NCBI RefSeq assembly: GCF_002945325.1
Contig: NZ_CP026606.1
Span: 1,020,001 to 1,052,000 of the forward strand
Direction: 5' to 3'
Length of the DNA: 32,000 nt
DNA from: Methanococcus maripaludis
Lineage (GTDB): Archaea; AGJL01; Methanococci; Methanococcales; Methanococcaceae
Positions 13,604-21,713 of the stretch are shown here, in pieces (position 1 is the first letter of the stretch; each line of letters begins with the position of its first letter). The notes under the pieces were generated by a model. It worked only from the letters and a program-made list of their open reading frames with translations. It was not told the origin of the DNA and did not search any database. The translations under genes were made by a program, and so were the position numbers.

Positions 13604-14629
13604 ATGAAGGTTACGGTATATGGTGCAGGAAACCAAAATCTGTACGTTAACCAGTTAAATTTACCTGGAACCTATGGTGGTGTTCCTCCATACGGTGGAA
13701 GCAGGATGGCTATTGAATTTGCCAAAGCTGGCCACGATGTTATTTTAGCGGAAGTTAACAAATCAAACTTAACTGACGAACAGTGGAAAGTCGTCGAAGA
13801 AGCTGGAGTTAAGGTAGTAACCGATGACGCAGAAGCTGCAAAAGAAGCGGAAATTGCAATATTTTTTACACCATTTGGTAAAAAAACTGTAGAAATTGCT
13901 AAAACTATTTTACCACACCTTCCACAAAACGCAATCATTGCAAATACGTGTACTGTTTCTCCGGTTATTTTATACACAATGTTGGAAGTTGAATTAAGAA
14001 CTAAAAGAAAAGATATCGGTATTACATCAATGCACCCTGCAGCAGTTCCTGGAACTCCTCAGCACGGACATTATGTTATCAGTTCAAAAGCAACAAATGG
14101 AACAGAATACGCTTCAGATGAACAGATTGAAAAATGTGTTAAACTCACTGAAAGCATTGAAAAAACCCCGTACCTCGTTCCAGCAGACGTATCTGCAACA
14201 GTATCGGATATGGGTTCTCTTTTAACTGCAGTTACCCTTGCAGGAGTATTGGATTATTATTCCGTTGGAACAAAAGTAATCAAAGCTCCAAAGAAAATGG
14301 TGGAACAGCAGATTTTAATGACACTGCAGACAATGGCATCACTTGTTGAATCTTCCGGTGTAGATGGTCTTGTAAAAGCATTAAATCCAGAATTGCTCAG
14401 CAAAACCGCATCATCAATGCATTTACTCGATCAACAAAAAGATTTAGATGCAGCACTTGAAATATTGACTCATTTAGACGGGGAATTAGAAAAAGCTTCA
14501 ACAGTTGCTGAAATAAAACCAACGACTCTTGTTGCAGCACAGTCTTTAGTAAAAGAGCTTGAAACATTAATCGGCGGTGCAGCTGCTAACGGAGCTATTA
14601 AAAGAAGTACTAAAAAACTCTTCCAATAA
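13604..14629 (+). CDS. hmdII: Hmd paralog (HmdII-like, H2-forming methylene-H4MPT dehydrogenase-related protein)
   Basis: MKVTVYGAGNQ Rossmann-type start. ITSMHPAAVPGTP and PADVSATVSDMGSLLTAVTLAG align with Hmd ITSYHPGCVPEMKG and PANLIGPVCDMCSAVTA. The N-terminal region diverges from catalytic Hmd. The Cys equivalent to the Fe-ligand Cys is retained (NTCTVSP). Confidence 0.75.
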   Translation: MKVTVYGAGNQNLYVNQLNLPGTYGGVPPYGGSRMAIEFAKAGHDVILAEVNKSNLTDEQWKVVEEAGVKVVTDDAEAAKEAEIAIFFTPFGKKTVEIAKTILPHLPQNAIIANTCTVSPVILYTMLEVELRTKRKDIGITSMHPAAVPGTPQHGHYVISSKATNGTEYASDEQIEKCVKLTESIEKTPYLVPADVSATVSDMGSLLTAVTLAGVLDYYSVGTKVIKAPKKMVEQQILMTLQTMASLVESSGVDGLVKALNPELLSKTASSMHLLDQQKDLDAALEILTHLDGELEKASTVAEIKPTTLVAAQSLVKELETLIGGAAANGAIKRSTKKLFQ

Positions 14630-14639
14630 TGGGATAATA

Positions 14640-15113
14640 ATGGTAAAAGAACTTAAAATAGTGGTAATGGGTTCAGAAGATGTGGGTAAAACCACGTTAA
14701 TGGAAAATTTAATTAAAAATGTGGGTAAAGTGGAACACAATGGTACAACTGTGGCGATAGACTATGGTAGAATTGAAATGGATGATAAAAAATTCCATTT
14801 CTTTGGAACTCCTGGTCAGGAAAGATTTGGTTTCATGAGGGAAATTGCGGTTGAGGGGGCAGATTATGCTCTTTTAGTTCTTGATGCCACCGTTGGTTTA
14901 AGGAAAGTGGATAATGATATTATTAATCTGTTATCTACTAAGAACATCCCGTTTTCAGTATTTATAAATAAAATGGACATTTGCAACGAATCAAATGCAG
15001 TTGAAATAATAAATAATTTGAACGGTTTTATAGAAAGTTCAAATATTGTTACAGGATCGATCTACCGAAAAGAAGGTTTATCAGAAATAATGGATCAATT
15101 GAAAATAATCTAA
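14640..15113 (+). CDS. small Ras-superfamily GTPase (MglA/Arf-like archaeal type)
   Basis: G1 GSEDVGKTT, G3 GTPGQERF (no Asp, as in MglA-type GTPases) and G4 NKMD. I chose the ATG at 14640, 10 nt after the hmdII stop. The ORF-track start at 14577 overlaps hmdII. Confidence 0.8.
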   Translation: MVKELKIVVMGSEDVGKTTLMENLIKNVGKVEHNGTTVAIDYGRIEMDDKKFHFFGTPGQERFGFMREIAVEGADYALLVLDATVGLRKVDNDIINLLSTKNIPFSVFINKMDICNESNAVEIINNLNGFIESSNIVTGSIYRKEGLSEIMDQLKII

Positions 15114-15127
15114 GTGGGGTAATAGTT

Positions 15128-15472
15128 ATGATTGATAGAATTCTTGCAGATTTGAGTAAAACTGAGGGAATAAAAGGTTCAATGGTTGTAGGAAAAGATG
15201 GTCTTGTTATCGCATCACAAATTCCTTCAAACCTCGATAGCGAACTTATCGGTGCAATGGCTTCTGCAGCATTTGGTTCTGCGGAAAGAACTGCATCAGA
15301 AATCGCTCAAGGGCCACTCGAACAGATGATGGTTGAAGCAGAATTTGGTAAAACTTTAATGACTGATGCAGGAGAAGGAATTTTAGTTGTACTGTCTGAT
15401 TCAAAAGTTAATCTTGGTTTAATCAGAATATCAATGAAAAAAGCAACAGAAAAAATTAAAACTGCATTTTAA
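15128..15472 (+). CDS. Roadblock/LC7 (MglB-like) domain protein
   Basis: 114 aa. IKGSMVVGKDGLVIAS...ELIGAMASAAFG...ILVVLSD is a typical Roadblock/LC7 pattern. It lies immediately downstream of the GTPase. Confidence 0.8.
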   Translation: MIDRILADLSKTEGIKGSMVVGKDGLVIASQIPSNLDSELIGAMASAAFGSAERTASEIAQGPLEQMMVEAEFGKTLMTDAGEGILVVLSDSKVNLGLIRISMKKATEKIKTAF

Positions 15473-15630
15473 GGTATTAAACAGTTTAATTGTTTAGGAC
15501 CTTACTATTTGAAATAATTAATAACATTTAAATATTTAGGTACCCATAATAGATACGGGGATATGGATTTTAAATGTTTTCGGCAGTGGTGGGGGTAAAC
15601 TCGACATCTCACGACTGTATTCATACACAC

Positions 15631-15645
15631 TTTTTTTATTTTTTT
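15631..15645 (+). terminator. oligo-T terminator candidate between convergent genes
   Basis: TTTTTTTATTTTTTT lies about 160 nt after the Roadblock stop, at the convergent junction with the minus-strand gene. Confidence 0.35.
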
Positions 15646-16588
15646 AAAAGAAATTTAATATTTCATAGATTTCGTTTTCGCTTATTTTGTGAATGTCCAT
15701 TTTTTTTATCTCCAAAACAACGCCTTTTCGTAAGATTCTCTCATATAATGGACACATTGTGAGGATCGATTTTCCATTGTTCAATTTAACAGATTTATCG
15801 ATATTTTTAGCGATTTCTTTTGGATTTTCGTAACTTAAAAATACTGAAACTCCGTTCGAATCCTTAAAATATGCATTTTCCATGTTTTCTTTGACAATAT
15901 TTGAAAATTTTATACATAATTCGTAAGACTTTTTTGAAATCAGTGTTTCTTCTATCATTTTCCCGTAAATATCGGGCATTTTGTAGGTTTTTAAAAGGTT
16001 TTTAACATCTTCTTTTAGATGTTTATCTTTTAAATTTTCATTAATTTTTTTAGAAAATCCTAAAAATCCGCCGTATTCGCAATTTATAATTTTTGGTGAC
16101 CCTGTTGAACAAACAATTATATCTCCATACCCACAATCTCCACCAATTTTTCCAGAAACATCTTCTATAAACAAACAATCGTTTTCACTGCATACTTTTG
16201 CAATTTCTTTTAATGGCTGTTCTGCAAGGTATCCTGCAAGTGACGTTAAGAAGAGAGATTTTGCACCACATTCTTTAATTTTTTCATCTAGAATTTCTAA
16301 GTTAACTACTCCAAGATCCGTTTTTAGTGTTTCAACAGTTAATCCTGATAATTTAGAATATGTTTCAAAACCTTTCCATCCGCCCATGTCGGGAATTAAT
16401 GTTTTTGAATTTGGATTTAATTTTGACACGATTTCTGATGCAATATGAATTGCAGAATTTCCTGAGGGGAGTATTTGGATTTCTTTTTCTGAATATAAAC
16501 GATCATTTATTATCATTTTTAATTCATCGAGATTTCCAGAAGTTTTAATTTGTGATTCGATGCAGGGTTTTCTGTGCGGGATAATCAT
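15644..16588 (-). CDS. PLP-dependent (fold-type I) transferase-like protein, DegT/DnrJ/EryC1-like motif pattern
   Basis: ILPSGNSAIHIA, FIEDVSGKIGG (Asp for the pyridine N) and CSTGSPKIINCEYGG (candidate PLP-lysine followed by GG). GGTGA lies 4 nt upstream of the ATG. Substrate unknown. Confidence 0.5.
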   Translation of the reverse strand: MIIPHRKPCIESQIKTSGNLDELKMIINDRLYSEKEIQILPSGNSAIHIASEIVSKLNPNSKTLIPDMGGWKGFETYSKLSGLTVETLKTDLGVVNLEILDEKIKECGAKSLFLTSLAGYLAEQPLKEIAKVCSENDCLFIEDVSGKIGGDCGYGDIIVCSTGSPKIINCEYGGFLGFSKKINENLKDKHLKEDVKNLLKTYKMPDIYGKMIEETLISKKSYELCIKFSNIVKENMENAYFKDSNGVSVFLSYENPKEIAKNIDKSVKLNNGKSILTMCPLYERILRKGVVLEIKKMDIHKISENEIYEILNFF

Positions 16589-16660
16589 CTGTTCACCAGA
16601 ATATTTTTTCTTTTAATTTCCTTAATTTAATTTTTAAAAGAATAATGACATTGTATATAT

Positions 16661-16675
16661 ATTAGTTTTTCTAAT
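16661..16675. promoter_or_regulatory. candidate LysR-type operator (T-N11-A inverted repeat ATTAGtttttCTAAT)
   Basis: Perfect 5-bp arms in the 129-bp divergent intergenic region between the PLP-fold gene and the LysR gene. Confidence 0.35.
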
Positions 16676-16717
16676 AGTATCTACTTATAAGAATAAACGT
16701 ATAATAATAGTGATACC

Positions 16718-17608
16718 ATGGACCCAAAAATCAGTTATTTTCAAACATTTTTATTTGCGGCAAAGACTAAAAGCTTTTCTAAAGCTGCGAAAAAATTGGG
16801 AGTCACCCAAGGAACTGTAAGCAACCATATATCTGTTTTAGAGAAATTCTTTGATGCACAGCTTTTTTTGAGGACTCCTGAAGGAGTTGATTTAACTACT
16901 GAAGGAAACATCCTCTATGAAAATGCAGAAAAGTTGCTTGAAAATATATCTAATGCAAAACAGCAGATGAGAATTCTGCACGAACATCCTGAAGGCTTAA
17001 TTCGGATTGCTGCAAGTACTACCCCTGGAGAACATCTACTACCAAGTATAATTAAAGACTATACTAAAGTTTATCGAGATGTGTCTTTTCAGATTCAAAT
17101 TACGGATTCTGAAAAATGTTTCAAGCTTTTAGAAGACAGGGCAGTTGACATAATTGCAGTTGGAAATATTTATGATGGATCATACGAAAGCGAAGTAATC
17201 GGAAAAGATAGGCTCGTACTCGTAGTTCCTCCAGAACATGAACTTGCGAAAAAAGGAGTCGCAAAACTTTCAGATATATTAAAAGAAGATTACATCGATA
17301 GAGAAGTTGGATCCGGTACAAGAGAGATATTTGTAGACGCACTTCAAGATAAAGGCTATTCAATGATGGATTTACACACGATAATGAGCCTTGGAAGCAA
17401 TTCTTCGATAATTACTGCAGTTTCAGAAGGATACGGTATATCAATTATTTCAGAAATCCCTGCAAAAAAAGCGGCAGATGCAGGACAGCTAAAAATAGTG
17501 CCTATTGAGGATTTAGATCTTACTCGATACATGTATCTTGTAAAGGGTAAAAAACCAAGAAACCCAAGTGCAATAAAATCATTCTGGGACTTTGTGTCAG
17601 GAAAATAA
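16718..17608 (+). CDS. LysR-family transcriptional regulator
   Basis: N-terminal HTH FQTFLFAAKTKSFSKAAKKLGVTQGTVSNHISVLEKFF..LF.R. About 296 aa with a C-terminal substrate-binding-type domain. Confidence 0.88.
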   Translation: MDPKISYFQTFLFAAKTKSFSKAAKKLGVTQGTVSNHISVLEKFFDAQLFLRTPEGVDLTTEGNILYENAEKLLENISNAKQQMRILHEHPEGLIRIAASTTPGEHLLPSIIKDYTKVYRDVSFQIQITDSEKCFKLLEDRAVDIIAVGNIYDGSYESEVIGKDRLVLVVPPEHELAKKGVAKLSDILKEDYIDREVGSGTREIFVDALQDKGYSMMDLHTIMSLGSNSSIITAVSEGYGISIISEIPAKKAADAGQLKIVPIEDLDLTRYMYLVKGKKPRNPSAIKSFWDFVSGK

Positions 17609-17682
17609 TTTTGAATCACTTAAAAAACCATATATATTTTTTGTATAATAATTCATATGAATTAAAAATCACTGGTGAGTGA

Positions 17683-18435
17683 ATGTTCAGGGCTACATGT
17701 AATACAAGAGATTTTAAAAAAGTTATAAATGCAACCAGCAATTTAGTAGATGAAATTTGTTTTGAAGTGGACGAAAACGGGATCAAGGCAAGCGCAATGG
17801 ACCCGTCGCACGTGGCGTTAGTGAGCATGGAAATGCCAAAAGACGTTTTTGAAGAATATGAAGGCGATATTCAAGATATCGGAATTGATTTAGAAGCACT
17901 TAAAAAAATCATTGCAAGAGGAAGGGGCGACGAAAAATTAATCCTGGATCTTGATGTAGAAAAAAATAAATTAAATATTACTTTTAAAAGCAACGTTACA
18001 AGGAAGTTTTCAATCGCGTTATACGATGTTTCATCAAGTAATTTAAAAGTTCCGGACATCGAATATCCAAACAGCGTTTCAATCAAAGCGGGTGCATTTG
18101 TTGAAGCATTAAAAGATGCAGAACTTGTAAATGACCACATAACCTTGAAAATCGATGAAAATAAATTTGTAATTTATTCAAAAGGCGATTTAAACCAGAG
18201 TGAAACCGTATTTGACAACAGCATTGACGATGACGACAACGCTCTTGCAGACTTTAACATGGGTGAAGCTTCAAGAAGTACTTTCAATTTAGCTTATTTA
18301 AAAGATTTAACAAAATCAACCGCTGCAGAAGATCTTTTAAAAATATATCTTGGTTCTGATATGCCTGTAAAAATCGAGTACGAAGTAAGCGGTTCAAAAC
18401 TTGTATTCTTACTTGCACCAAGAATTGAATCCTAA
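17683..18435 (+). CDS. pcn: DNA polymerase sliding clamp PCNA
   Basis: [51 protein letters not shown]... 250 aa, with a typical archaeal PCNA N-terminus and length. Confidence 0.9.
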   Translation: MFRATCNTRDFKKVINATSNLVDEICFEVDENGIKASAMDPSHVALVSMEMPKDVFEEYEGDIQDIGIDLEALKKIIARGRGDEKLILDLDVEKNKLNITFKSNVTRKFSIALYDVSSSNLKVPDIEYPNSVSIKAGAFVEALKDAELVNDHITLKIDENKFVIYSKGDLNQSETVFDNSIDDDDNALADFNMGEASRSTFNLAYLKDLTKSTAAEDLLKIYLGSDMPVKIEYEVSGSKLVFLLAPRIES

Positions 18436-18459
18436 ATTTATTTTTTTTAGAATAATAAC

Positions 18460-19056
18460 GTGAAAAACATGTATAAGAAAATAAGGGATGCATTTTTCAA
18501 CGAATTTTTTAAAGAAGGACTAAATGATCTTCCGGAAAATTTTTACAAAGATGCCCGAAACTATCTCGAGACAATCGATGATAAAATTAAATTTGAAAGG
18601 GTAAAATACTACTTAAATAATCTTTTAAGTTTTAGAATTTATAAGGTAAACTGTTTAAAAGAAAGCCCAAATAAGTTCACGCCCGATGAAAAACGGGTCG
18701 TAGCTTTTATCGAAGAAACGTGCTGTGGATCTGGAAATGAAGATTACATTTCAAAAATAGATGAATCCGATAAAAAAAAAGCCAAATTTTCAGCTAATTT
18801 AGATAAACCGGAAGAAAAAACCGATAAGTGTCAAATACCAAAACATATAAATACTGAAAGTGATATTGATATTGTAAGAGTCATCACTAAGTTCCCCTGC
18901 TTTACAGATGGGAATTTACAGTATGTTTTACACAAAAATGACGTTATCTCTTTGGATAGGAAATTTTCAAAGATTTTAGAGAAACACAATATTATCAAAC
19001 GGGTGAACATTCATGAAGATGAAAAAAAAGATAAACAGATATTGCCCATACTGTAA
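18460..19056 (+). CDS. GINS complex subunit (Gins51/Gins15-like)
   Basis: N-terminal helical A-domain pattern ([17 protein letters not shown]). C-terminal B-domain pattern ([44 protein letters not shown]). Its position next to PCNA is a conserved euryarchaeal linkage. GTG start at 18460, or ATG at 18469. Confidence 0.6.
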   Translation: MKNMYKKIRDAFFNEFFKEGLNDLPENFYKDARNYLETIDDKIKFERVKYYLNNLLSFRIYKVNCLKESPNKFTPDEKRVVAFIEETCCGSGNEDYISKIDESDKKKAKFSANLDKPEEKTDKCQIPKHINTESDIDIVRVITKFPCFTDGNLQYVLHKNDVISLDRKFSKILEKHNIIKRVNIHEDEKKDKQILPIL

Positions 19057-19294
19057 AAAGCACACCGCACACACAGTAGAACGAGCTAAAAAAAGAAAAG
19101 CTAGCGAATTGAAATGGGGTCAAAGACAGTTTAGACGAGTTACTGCAGGATACGGAGGGTACCCAAGACCTTTACCTGGAGGAGCTAAACCAATTAAAAA
19201 ATTGGATTTAAGATACAAATGTTCCGAATGCGGAAAAATGCACACAAGAAGCAACGGCGGCTTCAGAGCAAGAATGTTTGAATTAACAGAATAA
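19013..19294 (+). CDS. rpl44e: 50S ribosomal protein L44e (eL42)
   Basis: [22 protein letters not shown]...YKCSECGK zinc ribbon. The start overlaps the GINS 3' end by 44 nt. ATG at 19019 is an alternative start. Confidence 0.9.
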   Translation: MKMKKKINRYCPYCKKHTAHTVERAKKRKASELKWGQRQFRRVTAGYGGYPRPLPGGAKPIKKLDLRYKCSECGKMHTRSNGGFRARMFELTE

Positions 19295-19316
19295 TTAAGA
19301 AAAACGGTGAGAAAAC

Positions 19317-19502
19317 ATGCAATTAATCTCAAAACCTAAAAGCAGATTTTTAAAAGTTCAGTGCACTGACTGCAACAATGAACAAGTTATCTTTGGATGC
19401 CCTTCAACAGAAGTTAAATGTGCAGCATGCGGTAAAATCATTGCTGAACCAAAGGCATCAAAAGGTGCAATCAAAGCAAAAATCTTAGAAGTATTACAAT
19501 AA
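19317..19502 (+). CDS. rps27e: 30S ribosomal protein S27e
   Basis: FLKVQCTDCNNEQVIFGCPSTEVKCAACGK zinc ribbon. 61 aa. Confidence 0.9.
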   Translation: MQLISKPKSRFLKVQCTDCNNEQVIFGCPSTEVKCAACGKIIAEPKASKGAIKAKILEVLQ

Positions 19503-19505
19503 CTC

Positions 19506-19520
19506 TTTTTATTCTTTTTT
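19506..19520 (+). terminator. oligo-T terminator candidate after rps27e
   Basis: TTTTTATTCTTTTTT begins 4 nt after the stop codon. Confidence 0.4.
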
Positions 19521-19615
19521 AAACGTCTTTAAAATTAGTTCAATTTTATAATTGTTTAAATACTAGTGAGTATAAACACTCCATATGCTTATTATAAGAT
19601 AATCAAGGTGGAATC

Positions 19616-20413
19616 ATGAGAAACGATTTTCCTGAAGAAGGGGACATTATAATCGGAAATGTTATCGACGTTAAATCTTTTGGGGCATTTATCGAACTTT
19701 TAGAGTATCCTGGGAAGGAAGGAATGGTTCACATTTCTGAAGTTTCTTCTGGATGGATTAAAAATATAAGAGACCATATCAAAAAGGGTCAGAGAGTAGT
19801 TGCAAAGGTAATGAGAGTAACTCCTCATAAAAACCAGATAGATCTTTCATTAAAAAGGGCAACTGATCAGCAGAAAAAAGTTAAGGTTCAGGAATGGAAG
19901 AGATTCCAAAGAGCTGAAAAATTACTCCAGTTTGCTTCAGAAAAACTTGGAAAAACAATCGAAGAAGGATGGGAAGCTGCAGGATATCCTTTAATTGACG
20001 AATTCGGTGAATTATACGATGCGTTCGAATCGATTGTAATTGAAGGAAAAGAAGTTTTAGATGAACTCGAAACACCACTTCCACAAGAATGGGCAGACGT
20101 AATTTACGAAATTGCAAGTGAAAACATAGAACTTTCAAGCGTTAAAGTGTCAGGAATAGTTACACTTACAACGACCGAGCCAACTGGTGTAAAAATCATT
20201 AAAAACGGTTTGAAAAAAGCTTTAAAAGCAAATCCTTACGAGGACGTGGAAGTAAATATCACTTACATCGGAGCTCCAAAATATAGGGTAGAAGTACTTT
20301 CACCAGACTATAAAAGCGGAGAAGACGTGCTTAGAAGAGTATCTGAAGAAGCAATCGACTTTATAAAAAAACACGCTGGCGGAACTGGAAGCTTTGTAAG
20401 GGTTGAAGAGTAA
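19616..20413 (+). CDS. eif2a: translation initiation factor aIF2 alpha subunit
   Basis: N-terminal S1 domain GDIIIGNVIDVKSFGAFIELLEYPGKEGMVHISEVSSGWIKNI. 265 aa. AAGGTGG RBS. Confidence 0.9.
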   Translation: MRNDFPEEGDIIIGNVIDVKSFGAFIELLEYPGKEGMVHISEVSSGWIKNIRDHIKKGQRVVAKVMRVTPHKNQIDLSLKRATDQQKKVKVQEWKRFQRAEKLLQFASEKLGKTIEEGWEAAGYPLIDEFGELYDAFESIVIEGKEVLDELETPLPQEWADVIYEIASENIELSSVKVSGIVTLTTTEPTGVKIIKNGLKKALKANPYEDVEVNITYIGAPKYRVEVLSPDYKSGEDVLRRVSEEAIDFIKKHAGGTGSFVRVEE

Positions 20414-20421
20414 TTGATACT

Positions 20422-20577
20422 ATGAAAATGAAAAAATGCCCTAAATGTGGAAAATACACATTGAAAGATTTTTGTAGTGAATGCAACGAAAAATCCGTTA
20501 CAGTGAAACCTCCAAGATTTTCCCCAGTAGATAAATACGGAAAATACAGAAGAGCTCTTAAAAAAGCCAAAATGTGA
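20422..20577 (+). CDS. nop10: H/ACA RNP protein Nop10 (51 aa, not in the ORF track because it is under 60 aa)
   Basis: My translation is [51 protein letters not shown]. It has the CPxCG...C..C zinc ribbon plus the PPRFSP.DKY motif, and lies downstream of aIF2-alpha as in other archaea. Confidence 0.85.
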   Translation: MKMKKCPKCGKYTLKDFCSECNEKSVTVKPPRFSPVDKYGKYRRALKKAKM

Positions 20578-20582
20578 AATTT

Positions 20583-21248
20583 ATGGTTGATTTGAGATAT
20601 TCTTCAGGAAATATTTTCAGTGAATCGGTCCACGAAATAGGAATTATTGCGCTTGGATCATTTCTTGAAAATCACGGTTCTGCCCTTCCAATCGATACCG
20701 ATGCAAAAATTGCATCATACATCGCATTGAATGTTTCAATTATTACCGGAGCAAAATTTTTGGGGGTAGTTCTCCCTTCAACAGAATATTCTTACGTGAA
20801 ACACGGTATTCACGATTCCATCAAAGATGTAATTAATTATATCAAATATCTGGTTGAAAATGGTAGAAAAATCGGGATTAAAAAATTCCTGATTATAAAC
20901 TGCCACGGTGGAAACATCATAATCGAAGATGAACTTTTAAAATTAAATTCTAAAGACTGTTTTATCACGATGAAAAGTGTCTGTTTAACCCATGCATCAA
21001 CTGAAGAAGTATCTTTGGGGTATGCCGTTGGAATACTTTCAGAAGATAAAATGAAGACCCACGATCCAAAAGTATATGGTGAAATTGGAATGGTCGGCCT
21101 AACAGAAGCACGGGAAAAAAATGAAGCTATAGATTTAGAAGCAAAATCTGTGGAAGAAAATGGTGTTTTTTTAGATAAAGTTAATGGAAAATCCCTTTTA
21201 AACGATTTAATTAATAATTATGTTGAAATTGTTAAAAATATGATTTAG
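20583..21248 (+). CDS. arfB: creatininase-family amidohydrolase, probably ArfB (riboflavin/F420-pathway formamide hydrolase)
   Basis: [17 protein letters not shown] and INCHGGN are creatininase-family metal-site motifs. About 220 aa. From memory, its position after aIF2-alpha and Nop10 matches the M. jannaschii MJ0117-MJ0116 arrangement. ATG at 20583, with in-frame GTG at 20574 as an alternative. Confidence 0.55.
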   Translation: MVDLRYSSGNIFSESVHEIGIIALGSFLENHGSALPIDTDAKIASYIALNVSIITGAKFLGVVLPSTEYSYVKHGIHDSIKDVINYIKYLVENGRKIGIKKFLIINCHGGNIIIEDELLKLNSKDCFITMKSVCLTHASTEEVSLGYAVGILSEDKMKTHDPKVYGEIGMVGLTEAREKNEAIDLEAKSVEENGVFLDKVNGKSLLNDLINNYVEIVKNMI

Positions 21249-21257
21249 GTGATTTAT

Positions 21258-21713
21258 ATGTGGGAAAATTCCCCTTCACACATCTGCAGAGGTGGCGATT
21301 TAAGAGGACTTGCATTTTGCTGCCCTCCTGTAAAGTACTGCCCATTACATAAAGCGTTAGAATCAATTGAAATGCCAGTAGAAGAATTTTCAAAAATAAA
21401 GCAGGATTTTGGAAGTAGGACTAGACTAGGACTTGGTAAAAATACCTGTTTTGGAAGTTTGATCTGGTGCTGTAAAATCACAAAACCATGCCCATTTAGG
21501 GATAGTGCAATGCTTGCAATCGACATGGGTGAAGACGAGTACATGGAACTTAAAAAAGAACTCGCAGAAGAAATAATCAGAAAATCAAAATTGTTTGAAG
21601 AAGGCGTTAAAGCTTTGGAAGAACAGGGAATTTCAAGAGAGGATGCAGAAAAAGCAATTTTGGAAACTGGCGACTTAAAAAAAGCATATGAAATTGTTAA
21701 AAAACAAATTTAA
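21258..21713 (+). CDS. Cys-rich protein with a duplicated C..CC-x5-CP motif and a UBA-like C-terminal helical tail; function unknown (possibly methanogen-specific)
   Basis: HICRGG..FCCPPVKYCPLH and TCFGSLIWCCKITKPCPF form an internal duplication. The C-terminus ISREDAEKAILETGDLKKAYEIV resembles UBA/NAC tails. I chose the ATG at 21258 because GGTGA lies 5 nt upstream. The track start is GTG at 21249. Confidence 0.5.
   Translation: MWENSPSHICRGGDLRGLAFCCPPVKYCPLHKALESIEMPVEEFSKIKQDFGSRTRLGLGKNTCFGSLIWCCKITKPCPFRDSAMLAIDMGEDEYMELKKELAEEIIRKSKLFEEGVKALEEQGISREDAEKAILETGDLKKAYEIVKKQI

Noticed and set aside
15574-15762. 62-aa plus-strand ORF, and an imperfect hairpin CAGTGGTG..CACGACTG (about 15584-15617), in the convergent spacer
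   Set aside because: The ORF runs into the 3' end of the minus-strand PLP-fold gene and has no RBS. The hairpin has a central mismatch and an 18-nt loop, and it looks like neither a tRNA nor a C/D or H/ACA RNA.
16718-17608. Naming the LysR regulator as the selenium-responsive HrsM
   Set aside because: This is only a contextual guess (proximity to Sec genes). I cannot recall or compare the HrsM sequence, so no gene symbol is assigned.
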